Made by a program: the position numbers and the translations under genes. The notes under the pieces are model-generated. The model was not told the DNA's origin, did no database searches, and saw only the letters and a list, made by a program, of their open reading frames with translations. Of a stretch of 64,000 nt of DNA, positions 37,605 to 47,363 are shown piece by piece. The stretch is from positions 258,373 through 322,372 of the forward strand of contig JBEPZY010000004.1 in the NCBI GenBank assembly GCA_041640595.1, read 5' to 3'. Every line of letters begins with the position of its first letter. Position 1 is the first letter of the stretch. This stretch comes from Gemmatales bacterium. Its GTDB lineage: Bacteria > Planctomycetota > Planctomycetia > Gemmatales > HRBIN36.

Positions 37605-39269
37605 ATGACGGCGACACTGATCGTTGTGCAGGGGCCCTTGCAGGGCAAACGCTTTTGCCTGGACGGTCCGGTAGTTTCTGTTGGCCGGGATGCCAGCAAC
37701 CGTATCCGATTGCAGGACACTGAGGTTTCCCGACGCCATGCGGAGTTCCGTCGCACGGAACGAGGCTATGTGGTGGTGGATTTGGGTTCCAGCAACGGCA
37801 CCTGGGTCAACAGCCAGCGCGTCCAGGAACATTTGTTGAAGACAGGCGATCGGATTCGACTGGGTCAGACGGTGTTGCTTTACAGCGGCGGAGAATTGGC
37901 CAGCGACAACGACGTTGCCGAGAAAATCAATTTGATCAGCCGGGGTGAGCAAGAGCTGACCACCGCTTCCATCGTTCGCCGCATGCCCGAGGAAGAAGGG
38001 GCACGGGTTCTGGCGGAGCCGCAGAAAGCCGATAGCCTCTGGGCGAAAAACGCGCTGGTCAATCTGCGGGTGCTGTTGCAAGCGGCTCAAGTGGTCAGTC
38101 AGGTTCTGGATATTCAGCAACTTCTGGGGCAATTGCTGGGACTGATGCTGGAAAGTGTCCCGGCAGAGCGGGGCTGCATTCTGCTTCACCAGCCGGAACG
38201 GGGCGAATGGCAACCGGTGGTGGCACGCTGGCGGCAACCGCAAGCCGACCAGGAGCAGTTTCCCATCAGTCGCACCATTCTCGATTACGTGCTGCAGCAT
38301 CACGAGGGGATTTTGTTATCGGATGCACCACACGACGCGCGAATTGGCCCGGCTGCCAGCGTGGTGCGCTACGGAATTACCGAGGCGATTTGCGTACCCA
38401 TGAAAGGTCGGCACGAAACCGTGGGACTGGTTTATCTCGACACCCGCCGACCTCTCCAGGAGACCAGCGCGGAAAACAAACTCACGGAGGAGCATTTGCG
38501 GCTGGCGATGGCTCTGGCGCATCAGGCAGCCCTGGCCGTTGAGGAAACCCGCTATTACCAGGCCCTGGTTCAGGCGGAACGACTGGCCGCGATTGGCCAG
38601 ACCATCGCTGCCATCAGCCATCACATCAAAAACATCCTGCAGGGCTTGCGGAGTGGCATGGACCTGCTCGCCATGGGCATCCGCGACAAAAACGAAACCT
38701 TCCTGCAGCAGGGTTATCGCATCCTCGAAAAAAACCAGGCACGCATTTACGACCTGGTCATGGACATGCTCAGCTATTCCAAGGAGCGCGAACCCAGCCT
38801 GGAACCCTGCGATGTCAACGCTCTGATTCAGGATGTCATCGAGCTGGTCGCTGGTCGGATTGCGGAGCAGCAGGTGCAATGCCAGCTGGAACTGGCAGCT
38901 CTGCCCGGGCCGGCTCTTCTCGACGGAGAAGGAATCCACCGTTGTCTGCTCAATCTGGTCAACAACGCCCTGGACGCTTTGCTGGAAGTAGAACACAAGA
39001 CGCTGACCATCCGCAGCGAGCTCGATCAGGAACAGCGCCAGCTTCGCATTCACGTGAGCGATAGTGGGCCCGGCATTCCGCCGGATAAACTCAGCGAACT
39101 GTTCAAGCCGTTCGTTTCTACCAAAGGGGCTCGCGGAACCGGTCTGGGTCTGGCGGTCAGTCGCAAAATCGTGCGGGAACACGGCGGGGATATTCTGGTG
39201 CGTTCCGAACCGGGCCGCGGTAGCGAATTCATCGTCTGCCTGCCGTGGCAACCGGCCCGCAGCGGTTAA
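37605..39269 (+). CDS. FHA-GAF sensor histidine kinase
   Basis: FHA GR..SRRHA..SSNGT; GAF region; H-box AISHHIKNIL; N-box NLVNNALDA; DSGPGI, TKG..GTGLGL. Confidence 0.93.
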   Translation: MTATLIVVQGPLQGKRFCLDGPVVSVGRDASNRIRLQDTEVSRRHAEFRRTERGYVVVDLGSSNGTWVNSQRVQEHLLKTGDRIRLGQTVLLYSGGELASDNDVAEKINLISRGEQELTTASIVRRMPEEEGARVLAEPQKADSLWAKNALVNLRVLLQAAQVVSQVLDIQQLLGQLLGLMLESVPAERGCILLHQPERGEWQPVVARWRQPQADQEQFPISRTILDYVLQHHEGILLSDAPHDARIGPAASVVRYGITEAICVPMKGRHETVGLVYLDTRRPLQETSAENKLTEEHLRLAMALAHQAALAVEETRYYQALVQAERLAAIGQTIAAISHHIKNILQGLRSGMDLLAMGIRDKNETFLQQGYRILEKNQARIYDLVMDMLSYSKEREPSLEPCDVNALIQDVIELVAGRIAEQQVQCQLELAALPGPALLDGEGIHRCLLNLVNNALDALLEVEHKTLTIRSELDQEQRQLRIHVSDSGPGIPPDKLSELFKPFVSTKGARGTGLGLAVSRKIVREHGGDILVRSEPGRGSEFIVCLPWQPARSG

Positions 39270-39287
39270 CTCGGACAGGAGAGCCTG

Positions 39288-40952
39288 ATGTCGGCGGCAC
39301 AGGAGCGATTGCATCTCGGACGACGCTACCTGGTGGGCTTTCACTGGCGACGAACTCCGCATTACTTCACGGACATTTTGATTTTGGGAGCAGGTCTGGC
39401 CGGGTTGCGTGCAGCGCTGGCCGTGCCGCCTTCCCTGGACGTGCTGGTGGTTACCAAGGATCGCCTGCCGGAATCGAACAGTTTTTACGCCCAGGGAGGC
39501 ATTGCCGGAGTTCTCGACGCGGGCGACCGTTTCGAAGACCACGAACGCGACACTTTGCGAGCCGGCGACGGTTTGTGCGATGCCGAGGTGGTTCGCCGGG
39601 TGGTACGCGAAGCACCCAGGGAAATCGAAACACTCCAGCACTGGGGAGCCCGATTCGATGAGGAAGGTTCGGGCAAACTTAAACTGGCCAGGGAAGCCGG
39701 ACACAGTGCCGCTCGCATTGTTCATGTTGGCGACGCTACCGGGCAGGAAGTAATGCGTGTGGTCATTTCCCAGGCCCAGCAACGGCCTCACATCACCATC
39801 TGGGAAAATACTTTCACCCTCGATTTGCTGACAGCGGACGGGCAGTGTGTCGGGGCAGCGGTATTTCGCCACGGCGAGGTCTGGTTGGTCTGGTCGCGGC
39901 AAACGGTGCTGGCTACCGGTGGCGCTGGTCAGCTGTATCGGGAAACCACTAATCCCGCCGTGGCTACAGGCGATGGTTTAGCGATGGCCTGGCGAGCCGG
40001 TGCTCAGATCCGCGATATGGAGTTTCTGCAATTCCATCCGACGGTGCTGTATGTGGCCGGTTCGGCTCGCCATCTGATCACGGAAGCAGCGCGGGGAGCG
40101 GGGGCGATTTTACGCGATCGTTTCGGCCGACGCTTTATGCCCGATCTGGATCCTCGCGGTGAATTAGCGCCCCGCGACATTGTGGCCCGGGCAATTGTTC
40201 GGCAAATGGAAATCACCAACCATCCCTGCGTGTACCTGGATATGTCGCACCTGCCGGCCGACCGCATCCGCCAGGAGTTTCCGGGTATCGCTCGGGTCTG
40301 CGCCAGTTTCGGGCTGGACATTGCCCGCGACTGGATTCCGGTACGCCCGGCAGCGCATTACATGATCGGCGGAGTGGGTGTGGACCTGCGGGGCCGCACT
40401 TCCTTGCCCAACCTCTGGGCCTGCGGAGAAGTCTCGGCGAGTGGCTTACACGGTGCCAATCGCCTGGCCTCGAACAGTCTGCTCGAGAGCCTGGTTTACG
40501 GGCGCTGGTGCGGAGAAGGTTCGGCCGAGGCAGCCCAGCAAAGCCAGCAACAACCGCGACCGCTTCCCTTATCGGCCAGGCCCGGCGAATGCGATCCGAC
40601 CATCCGTCTGGACGACATCCGCAATGCTTTGCAGAGCCTGCTCTGGCGCAAGGCGGGAGTGATTCGCCACGGAACCGCTCTGAAGGACGCCCTGGCCGAC
40701 GTCCGCTTCTGGGCCGGTTATGTGCTCGCTCAGGAATTTCGCCAGCCCGCCGGTTGGGAATTGCAGAATCTCCTTACCAATGCCTGGATGCTCGTTTGGG
40801 CCGCACTGCAACGAGAGGAATCACGCGGCGTACATTACCGGGAGGATTTCCCGCACCGCGACGACGAGCACTGGCAACGCCATCTGACCATTCCACCGCC
40901 GCTGACGGCAACCGACTCTGGCTCCGAACCGGCCGACGGCATAAGATCGTAA
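39288..40952 (+). CDS. nadB: L-aspartate oxidase
   Basis: GAGLAG, SFYAQGGIA, REAGHS..RIVH, EFLQFHPT, ELAPRDIVAR, AHYMIGG, GLHGANRLASNSLLE, ESRGVHYR. Confidence 0.95.
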   Translation: MSAAQERLHLGRRYLVGFHWRRTPHYFTDILILGAGLAGLRAALAVPPSLDVLVVTKDRLPESNSFYAQGGIAGVLDAGDRFEDHERDTLRAGDGLCDAEVVRRVVREAPREIETLQHWGARFDEEGSGKLKLAREAGHSAARIVHVGDATGQEVMRVVISQAQQRPHITIWENTFTLDLLTADGQCVGAAVFRHGEVWLVWSRQTVLATGGAGQLYRETTNPAVATGDGLAMAWRAGAQIRDMEFLQFHPTVLYVAGSARHLITEAARGAGAILRDRFGRRFMPDLDPRGELAPRDIVARAIVRQMEITNHPCVYLDMSHLPADRIRQEFPGIARVCASFGLDIARDWIPVRPAAHYMIGGVGVDLRGRTSLPNLWACGEVSASGLHGANRLASNSLLESLVYGRWCGEGSAEAAQQSQQQPRPLPLSARPGECDPTIRLDDIRNALQSLLWRKAGVIRHGTALKDALADVRFWAGYVLAQEFRQPAGWELQNLLTNAWMLVWAALQREESRGVHYREDFPHRDDEHWQRHLTIPPPLTATDSGSEPADGIRS

Positions 40953-41176
40953 TGCCGGCACGGCTTGTCAGGCCGGTCAGAATCCCGGCCAGGCGTTCTT
41001 TTTGCCTGACGGACACGCTCGGCTGGTAAAGCGTGCCGGGGCATGCATACGATATTTATGGAAAGCCGGCCCCCGTAATCAGCGTCCGTGGGTCTCAGGG
41101 CTCGGCGTGTGAATCCGCTACAGAGAAAACGTCGGCCCACGGGGATCGGATCTGCTGGGGCATAATGCGGGCGCAA

Positions 41177-41282
41177 TGCCTGCGACACTCCTCGAAACTC
41201 GGCCCCTCAATCACCCTGACGCAAAATCTGACCGTCGTCGGTGGCGACTCGGTGGCTGCGACACTACCGAAACTCGGCCCCT
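41177..41282. repeat. Direct repeat pair (period 75-76) whose second copy contains the tRNA-Cys 5' end
   Basis: CTGCGACACT..CGAAACTCGGCCCCT at 41180 and 41256. Confidence 0.8.
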
Positions 41283-41349
41283 TAGCCAAGCGGCCTAAGG
41301 CAGCGGATTGCAAATCCGCCATTCCCGGGTTCGAATCCCGGAGGGGCCT
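41276..41349 (+). tRNA. tRNA-Cys (GCA); CCA not encoded
   Basis: Acceptor GGCCCCT/AGGGGCC with U discriminator; anticodon arm GCGGA-TTGCAAA-TCCGC; T arm CCGGG-TTCGAAT-CCCGG. Confidence 0.96.
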
Positions 41350-41405
41350 CTAACGTTATTGGTTCTGCCCCGCTGGACACCCCCCACCGTAGTTACAGCG
41401 CACCA

Positions 41406-41797
41406 CAAGAGCGGCTGGCGTGAGCCAGCCGTGGCAAAAGTAGCGTGCTCGTCGCTAAGAAGCGCATATCTGCAAAGACATCCGCACGTGCTGCAACCAA
41501 GAGCGGCTGGCGTAAGCCAGCCGTGGTGTTCGAACGTACTCGTTCCGGAAAAGAAACCCGCGCCATTGCAGATGCGTTTCGTTCCCACGGCGGGCTGACG
41601 CCCGCCGCTCTTGATTGCCGCTTGGCCGGTCGCCGAAGGACGTTCGATTCTGACCGCACGGCGTTTGTTTCCCGTACCACGGCGGGCTGACGCCCGCCGC
41701 TCTTGCTTGCCGTGTCGCTGGTCGCCGATCGATGTTCGATTCTGACCGCACGGCGTTTGTTTCCCGTGCCACGGCGGGCTGACGCCCGCCGCTCTTG
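41406..41797. repeat. REP-like palindrome cluster E (5 copies)
   Basis: Inverted GGCTGGC variant at 41406 and 41498; GGCGGGC variant at about 41585, 41677 and 41769 (92-bp module duplicated). Confidence 0.92.
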
Positions 41798-41868
41798 ATG
41801 CTCGTTCACCGGACCTACCCGAGTTTTACCGGGCAAGGTAAAACTGGTGGTGTTTCCGGAAGGCCGGT

Positions 41869-41965
41869 GTCGGTGTTCCTTGATGTTTCTGACTCATCCA
41901 AGCTGGACACTGTTCCACGTTGCCGTCTTTGCCCGTCGGTGTTCCTTCATGTTTCTGACTCATCC
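41869..41965. repeat. 31-nt direct repeat pair with 35-nt spacer (period 66)
   Basis: GTCGGTGTTCCTTSATGTTTCTGACTCATCC at 41869 and 41935, one mismatch. Confidence 0.88.
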
Positions 41966-42294
41966 CCAGTTTTGCGCGGGGTGCGGGAAAAATGGCGGTG
42001 CCTGCGAAGTCCTGTGTTCGTACATGTTTTGCTTGCCACATCAGAAGATGCCGCGTAGCATTTAGACAAGGGGTACAGGCAAGCGGCAACGCTTGGGCAT
42101 GGTCTATCGTGGGCGGGCCCCGATTGGTGGCTGGTGGTCAGCGCGGGCTGGCAGTCAGGTCTCGGCTTGTGCTGCCTCGACGGACACTTCCTCAGGGAAC
42201 GTCAAAACAGGGCGACACGAGTGCCCCGCAAAATTTATCCGCGGCACGGCCATGCACGAAAACTGATTCATCCCGCGTCGGTGAGGATGCGTAA

Positions 42295-42777
42295 ATGAGT
42301 TTCGGTGGCAAGGAACGAAGCGATTACCTCACAGCCCGAGGACGCGATTGGCCTAGTGTTCGGCAGTTCAATGTCTTTCTGGAAAACCGTGTCGGCATGT
42401 TGCTGGAACTGGTGCGGAAGTTAGAGGCATCCAACAACCGCATCGTGGCCCTGTCGGTGGACGATTCCGCCGACTATGCCATCGTCCGCATCGTGCTGCG
42501 CGACCCGGATCGGGCCAGGGAAACATTCGATCTGTCTGGCATCGCCTACGTCGAAAGCGACCTGCTGGTGGTGCAATTGCCGCCCGGCCCTCATCCCCTG
42601 GTGCAAATCTGCAAAGCTCTCCTGGAAGCCGAGATCAACATCCATTACGCCTATCCGTTGATGCTGGCACGAGAGCGACCAGCGTTGGCATTGCGCGTGG
42701 ATAACCACGAGCTGGCCGTGAACATCCTCCGGCAGGAAGGTTTTACGCTGCTCACCGAAGGCGACCTGGAAGATTGA
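42295..42777 (+). CDS. Tandem ACT-domain protein
   Basis: RQFNVFLENRVGML...IVALSV; second ACT AEINIHYAYP. Confidence 0.85.
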   Translation: MSFGGKERSDYLTARGRDWPSVRQFNVFLENRVGMLLELVRKLEASNNRIVALSVDDSADYAIVRIVLRDPDRARETFDLSGIAYVESDLLVVQLPPGPHPLVQICKALLEAEINIHYAYPLMLARERPALALRVDNHELAVNILRQEGFTLLTEGDLED

Positions 42778-42895
42778 CCCCTGGGCGCGACCTCGTTTCC
42801 GGCCGGGTTCGTATCCATAACAATCACGTTACCGCCGACTGCGCAGCAACTGTGGGAAGCCATCTGTTTGTGGGCGTGTTAAACTGGCTATCACG

Positions 42896-43723
42896 TTACC
42901 GCCGATCGCGCAAGTTCAGCTGCTGCATCAGGCGATCCGTGGCGGTGTAGGCTTCCCGAACCCACTCGACCACCTGATCCGGTTGGGGCGGATATTCCAG
43001 TTCGACGCTGATGCTTCCGTCTATGTTGAGGTTTTTGATTTCTTCGAGGTAAGGCAGGAAGTTGACCACGCCACGACCCGGTGGTAAATCGCCATGCTTC
43101 TGGCCATCGCAATCGCTGATGTGGACGTGAATCGCCCAGCCGCGAAGTTGGCGTAGTTCCTGGGGTCGCACTCCGGCCAGTTGCAGATGGGAAATGTCAA
43201 TATTAGCCCGCACGGCCGGATGATTGACCTCCTGCAAAAAGGCCAGTATCCGCTCTACGCTGTTCAGCAACGAGAGCCGAAACGGTTCCAGTTCCAGAGC
43301 GATTTGCAAACCGAGCTGTTCGGCAGCATCACCGAGCCGGCGAACGTTTTCCACGGCCAGACGCCACTGTTCTGCCGGTGGGATCACTTCCTGCTGCCAG
43401 AGGTATTCGCCCAGCACCAGAAGCACATTGCTGGCCTGGTACTCGTAAGCCAGCTCCAGATACGCCTGGCAGCGCTGCAGGTGAAACCGCTGCACCGACC
43501 GGTTGAAATCGGTCAATCCCAGCGCCACACAGGCGATGCTGACAATGGGCAGACCGACACGGTCGCATTCCCGCTTGATGCGACAGCGTTCACGGATGTC
43601 CATCTCCAGCGGATCGGCAAAGATGTCAATGGTGTCAAAACCGATCTCTTTGGTAGTGCGAATTCCCCAGGCGGTATCCCGTCCCGATTGTACCCAAACC
43701 GAATTGATCAACCCCAGCCGCAT
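42896..43723 (-). CDS. Sugar phosphate isomerase/epimerase family protein
   Basis: ALELEP, NIDISH, HVHISD, HGDLPPGRG, SVELE; GGAG RBS before MRLGLIN. Confidence 0.88.
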   Translation of the reverse strand: MRLGLINSVWVQSGRDTAWGIRTTKEIGFDTIDIFADPLEMDIRERCRIKRECDRVGLPIVSIACVALGLTDFNRSVQRFHLQRCQAYLELAYEYQASNVLLVLGEYLWQQEVIPPAEQWRLAVENVRRLGDAAEQLGLQIALELEPFRLSLLNSVERILAFLQEVNHPAVRANIDISHLQLAGVRPQELRQLRGWAIHVHISDCDGQKHGDLPPGRGVVNFLPYLEEIKNLNIDGSISVELEYPPQPDQVVEWVREAYTATDRLMQQLNLRDRR

Positions 43724-43739
43724 GGCAGCCTCTCCCGTG

Positions 43740-44678
43740 CTAGTGCAGTTGCAGGACGCGACGGAAATATTCGAGGGTGCGGCGCAAGCCTTCCTGCCGG
43801 GAAATTTTTGGCTCCCACCCCAGCAATTGCCGGGCTCGCGTGATGTCCGGTCGGCGAACGCGGGGATCGTCCTGGGGCAGTGGTCGGAAGACAATTTCGC
43901 TTTTCCCGCCACTCAGCGCCAGTATCTCCCGCGCAAATTCGAGGATGGTGACCTCCTCGGGGTTGCCGAGATTGATCGGCTCGGCATAATCGGTGTGCAG
44001 GAGGCGGACGATTCCTTCCACCAGGTCATCAATATAGCAAAAGCTGCGAGTTTGCGAGCCATCTCCGTACACGGTCAGTGGTTCGCCGCGTAACGCTTGC
44101 CCCATAAAATTCGGCAATGCCCGACCGTCGTCCAGGCGCATCCGCGGCCCATAGGTGTTGAAAATGCGGGCAATCCGCGTTCGCAACCCATGGCAGCGGT
44201 GGTAGGCCATGGTCATCGCCTCGGCAAAGCGCTTGGCCTCATCATACACCCCGCGTACTCCGATCGGATTGACGTGCCCCCAGTAATCCTCGGACTGCGG
44301 ATGCACCTGGGGATCGCCATAGACCTCGCTGGTGCTGGCCAGCAGAAATATCGCGTTCTTAGCTCGGGCCAGACCCAGAGCATTGTGCGTTCCCAGCGAA
44401 CCCACCTTGAGCGTCTGTATCGGATAACGCAGATAGTCAATGGGGCTGGCTGGCGAAGCAAAATGCAGCACCGCATCCACCGGGCCGTCCAGATACAGCG
44501 GCCGCGAAATGTCGTGGGCAATCAACTGAAACCGTGGCGAACTCAAAAACGCTTCAATGTTGGCGTAGGTGCCGGTAATGAAATTATCCACGCAGATCAC
44601 TTCGTGCCCATCCTGTAAAAACCGCTCACACAGATGCGAACCGATAAATCCCGCACCGCCGGTTATGACCACACGCAC
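43740..44678 (-). CDS. UDP-glucuronate decarboxylase family NAD-dependent SDR
   Basis: [52 protein letters not shown]. Confidence 0.93.
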   Translation of the reverse strand: MRVVITGGAGFIGSHLCERFLQDGHEVICVDNFITGTYANIEAFLSSPRFQLIAHDISRPLYLDGPVDAVLHFASPASPIDYLRYPIQTLKVGSLGTHNALGLARAKNAIFLLASTSEVYGDPQVHPQSEDYWGHVNPIGVRGVYDEAKRFAEAMTMAYHRCHGLRTRIARIFNTYGPRMRLDDGRALPNFMGQALRGEPLTVYGDGSQTRSFCYIDDLVEGIVRLLHTDYAEPINLGNPEEVTILEFAREILALSGGKSEIVFRPLPQDDPRVRRPDITRARQLLGWEPKISRQEGLRRTLEYFRRVLQLH

Positions 44679-45598
44679 GGTTCAAGCTCCTGCTCAGGGA
44701 CTGGCTTCGGTGGTGATTCGCAACCGGAATAGCTTTTCGCCATCCGCGTTCTTGCTGGCTACATGAGCACCGCTCCATCATTTTAGCATAGATTCGCTCG
44801 GCTTTTGCTCCCGCGTCTGGCTCGTTTGGAACCGACAAACCGAAGTTCGGCAGCCATTTTCGCTACGCTTTCCGCAACCAGCAGCCATGCCGGAGATCAT
44901 CCGGTCGGCTCTTCGGATACCGGCAGAATCTGCCGCTGGGTGAACGCTGACCGTCACTATCCGAAAACTGTTAACCGCCTCAGTTGCGGAACACCCGCTT
45001 CGCCATCTGCCACGTCGCTATTGAGCCACCAGCCGTCAAACGCAGGTGCGGTTCGCTTGCAGAGCTACCCGCCTTGCAATCTGCCACCGCCAATGTCTGG
45101 CTCGGCCTTACGGTGTCGCAAACACCCAAGGAAGCCGAAACGCCTGCATTGCCTGATGCTTCCGTGGGACGAAGATTTTTACGTGATCCGTCGGAAACGG
45201 CCAGGAAGCGGATACGCCTGCTGCTGGCCACACATTGTTTGATACCCTGTCGCCAGGAGTATCGGTAGAGTTGCTGGACAGACCAGGCCCGCAACCGAGT
45301 TTTTCCGTCACATTCTGGGCCCCACTGCCGGCGTGCCTGCAGCCTTGCCGAACTCACCAGGCCCGCAACCAGGCGCCCAGAAATGGTTATGCCGTGTCCT
45401 AATCCGATTGTGCAACGGGATGCCTGTCTGCAACCGGAGGGCGTAGGGATGCTTATCGAGCCCCTGGACTTTGCCGCCGGCACCATGCCAGTAACCGACC
45501 GGCGATGGTTGACAGGTTCTGCGTTACAAAACTGACCGGCGGTGAGTGATTACCGACAGGGACTCGCGCCGAAGCTGACCGCTATGCTTTCCAGATCC

Positions 45599-45783
45599 CA
45601 CCGGAACAAAATTGCCCGGCGTGCGGAAAGCGTCAAAAGCCCGGCGAGTGTGTTGCACACGGGTGGGGGAGCAGCTGGCAAGGACACACACCGTAACAAA
45701 ATTGCCCGGCGTACGGAAAGTCGCCAAAAGCCCGGCGAGTGTGTTGCACATGGGTGCAGAAGCAGCTGGCAAGGATCACACCA
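45599..45783. repeat. ~90-bp tandem duplication abutting the DUF1501 stop codon
   Basis: CACCG.AACAAAATTGCCCGGCGT..AAAAGCCCGGCGAGTGTGTTGCACA..GCAGCTGGCAAGGA at 45599 and 45689. Confidence 0.88.
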
Positions 45784-47185
45784 GGATAGAGCGAATGACC
45801 TTGCCGCGGCTGATGGCGAACGTGCGACCCTGGGCATCGCGGAATTCGCCATGCGGATCGAGACCCAGACAGTGGAAAATGGTGGCGGTCAAATCTTGCG
45901 GTTCGACGCGACCTTCCTTCGGATAGGCACCGCTTTTATCGGAGGCGCCATAAACCACCCCGCCGCGCACGCCTGCACCGGCCAGCGCTACGGAAAACAC
46001 ATGGCCCCAGTGATCGCGACCGGCCTGGCGATTGATTTTCGGCGTGCGGCCGAACTCGCCCATCCACACCACCAGCGTTTCGTCCAGCAATCCCCGCGAC
46101 TGCAGATCATCCAGCAAAGCGGAGCATGCCTGATCCATCGGTGGCATCAAAGCCGTCTTGAGTCGCTCGGCGTTTTTCGCGTGCGTATCCCAGACGGGAG
46201 CGTTGGACGAAGTGTCGTTCGGTTCGCGCGGCCAGTTGACCTGAACCAGACGCACACCCGCTTCGATAAGTCGCCGGGCCAGCAGCAGACTCTGCCCGAA
46301 CTTATGCTGTCCGTAGCGAGCACGTAGTTCGGGAGGTTCCTGCGAGAGATCGAAAGCCCGCCGCCCCGCAGCGCCCCGCAACAGGTCAAACGCTTTTTGG
46401 GTAACGTGGTCGTATTGCGCGAGCATGCCCGTGCGCTCGACCTGATCCAGGTGGCGATTGACCTGTTCCAGCAAACCCGCCCGCTGTTGCAAGCGTAGCG
46501 GTGGCAGTTCCGCAGGCAGGGTCAGTTCGGGAATCTGAAAATTCGGCCCCGACGGATCGCAGACCAGTAACCACGGATCCGCAGAGCGTCCGAGAAATCC
46601 GGCGTCCTGACCGGGCCAGGGAATGTTGGGATTGTTGATGATTCGTTCCGGCAGAGTAACGGCAGCCGGCAACCCTTTTCTGTCGCCGAGCAGTTTGCGT
46701 ACCACCGCGCCGACACAGGGCCAGTTATTCGGCGGCCCGGGCTTGGCATTTTCCTGATTCATCGGTTGATGCGGATAACCCGTCAACATCCAGTAACCGC
46801 TGGCCGAATGGGCATTATCATTGGTGGACATAGCACGCAGGACGGCCCAGAGATGGGCACGCTGAGCCAGTTGCGGCATGAGTTCGCCCACCTGGAGTCC
46901 GGGCACGGTAGTCGAAATCGCCCGCAATTCCCCGCGAATTTCTGCCGGTGCTTCCGGTTTCGGATCCCAGGTCTCGTGCTGAGGCGGCCCGCCAACCAGG
47001 AAAATGAGAATGCAACCTTTCGCCTTGCCAAAGGCGCGGTCACTGGCGTTTGCCCAGCCCGCCGATGGTGCCGCCAGGAATTGAGGCAACGACAAACCCA
47101 GGGTCGTCAACGCCCCGACCTGCAACCAGTCGCGTCGGGTGATACCATCGCAAAGCCGGCACGGTGAATCCTGCACCCGTAACAT
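45776..47185 (-). CDS. DUF1501 domain protein with Tat signal
   Basis: TRRDWLQVG, GGPPQHETWDPKP, LLARRLIEAGVR, WDTH, GEFGRTPKIN..GRDHW. Confidence 0.93.
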   Translation of the reverse strand: MLRVQDSPCRLCDGITRRDWLQVGALTTLGLSLPQFLAAPSAGWANASDRAFGKAKGCILIFLVGGPPQHETWDPKPEAPAEIRGELRAISTTVPGLQVGELMPQLAQRAHLWAVLRAMSTNDNAHSASGYWMLTGYPHQPMNQENAKPGPPNNWPCVGAVVRKLLGDRKGLPAAVTLPERIINNPNIPWPGQDAGFLGRSADPWLLVCDPSGPNFQIPELTLPAELPPLRLQQRAGLLEQVNRHLDQVERTGMLAQYDHVTQKAFDLLRGAAGRRAFDLSQEPPELRARYGQHKFGQSLLLARRLIEAGVRLVQVNWPREPNDTSSNAPVWDTHAKNAERLKTALMPPMDQACSALLDDLQSRGLLDETLVVWMGEFGRTPKINRQAGRDHWGHVFSVALAGAGVRGGVVYGASDKSGAYPKEGRVEPQDLTATIFHCLGLDPHGEFRDAQGRTFAISRGKVIRSILV

Positions 47186-47363
47186 GGCATTCGCTCCCTC
47201 GGCCACTTTTACCCCCGGCCGACAGCAAAAAGCAATGTCCGTAAGACAGCGCTCTGTCTATGAGATTGGCCACAGAGAGAGCGATGCTCCCCCTGTGGCC
47301 GTTTGTCTTTTTCGCAAGGGGTAACGAGCGCGTCGATCGCCAGTTTGTTGAATGCGCTCCGGT

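Noticed and set aside
41350..42290. Genomic island integrated at tRNA-Cys
   Set aside because: No integrase and no duplicated tRNA 3' end found; only REPs and short repeats follow.
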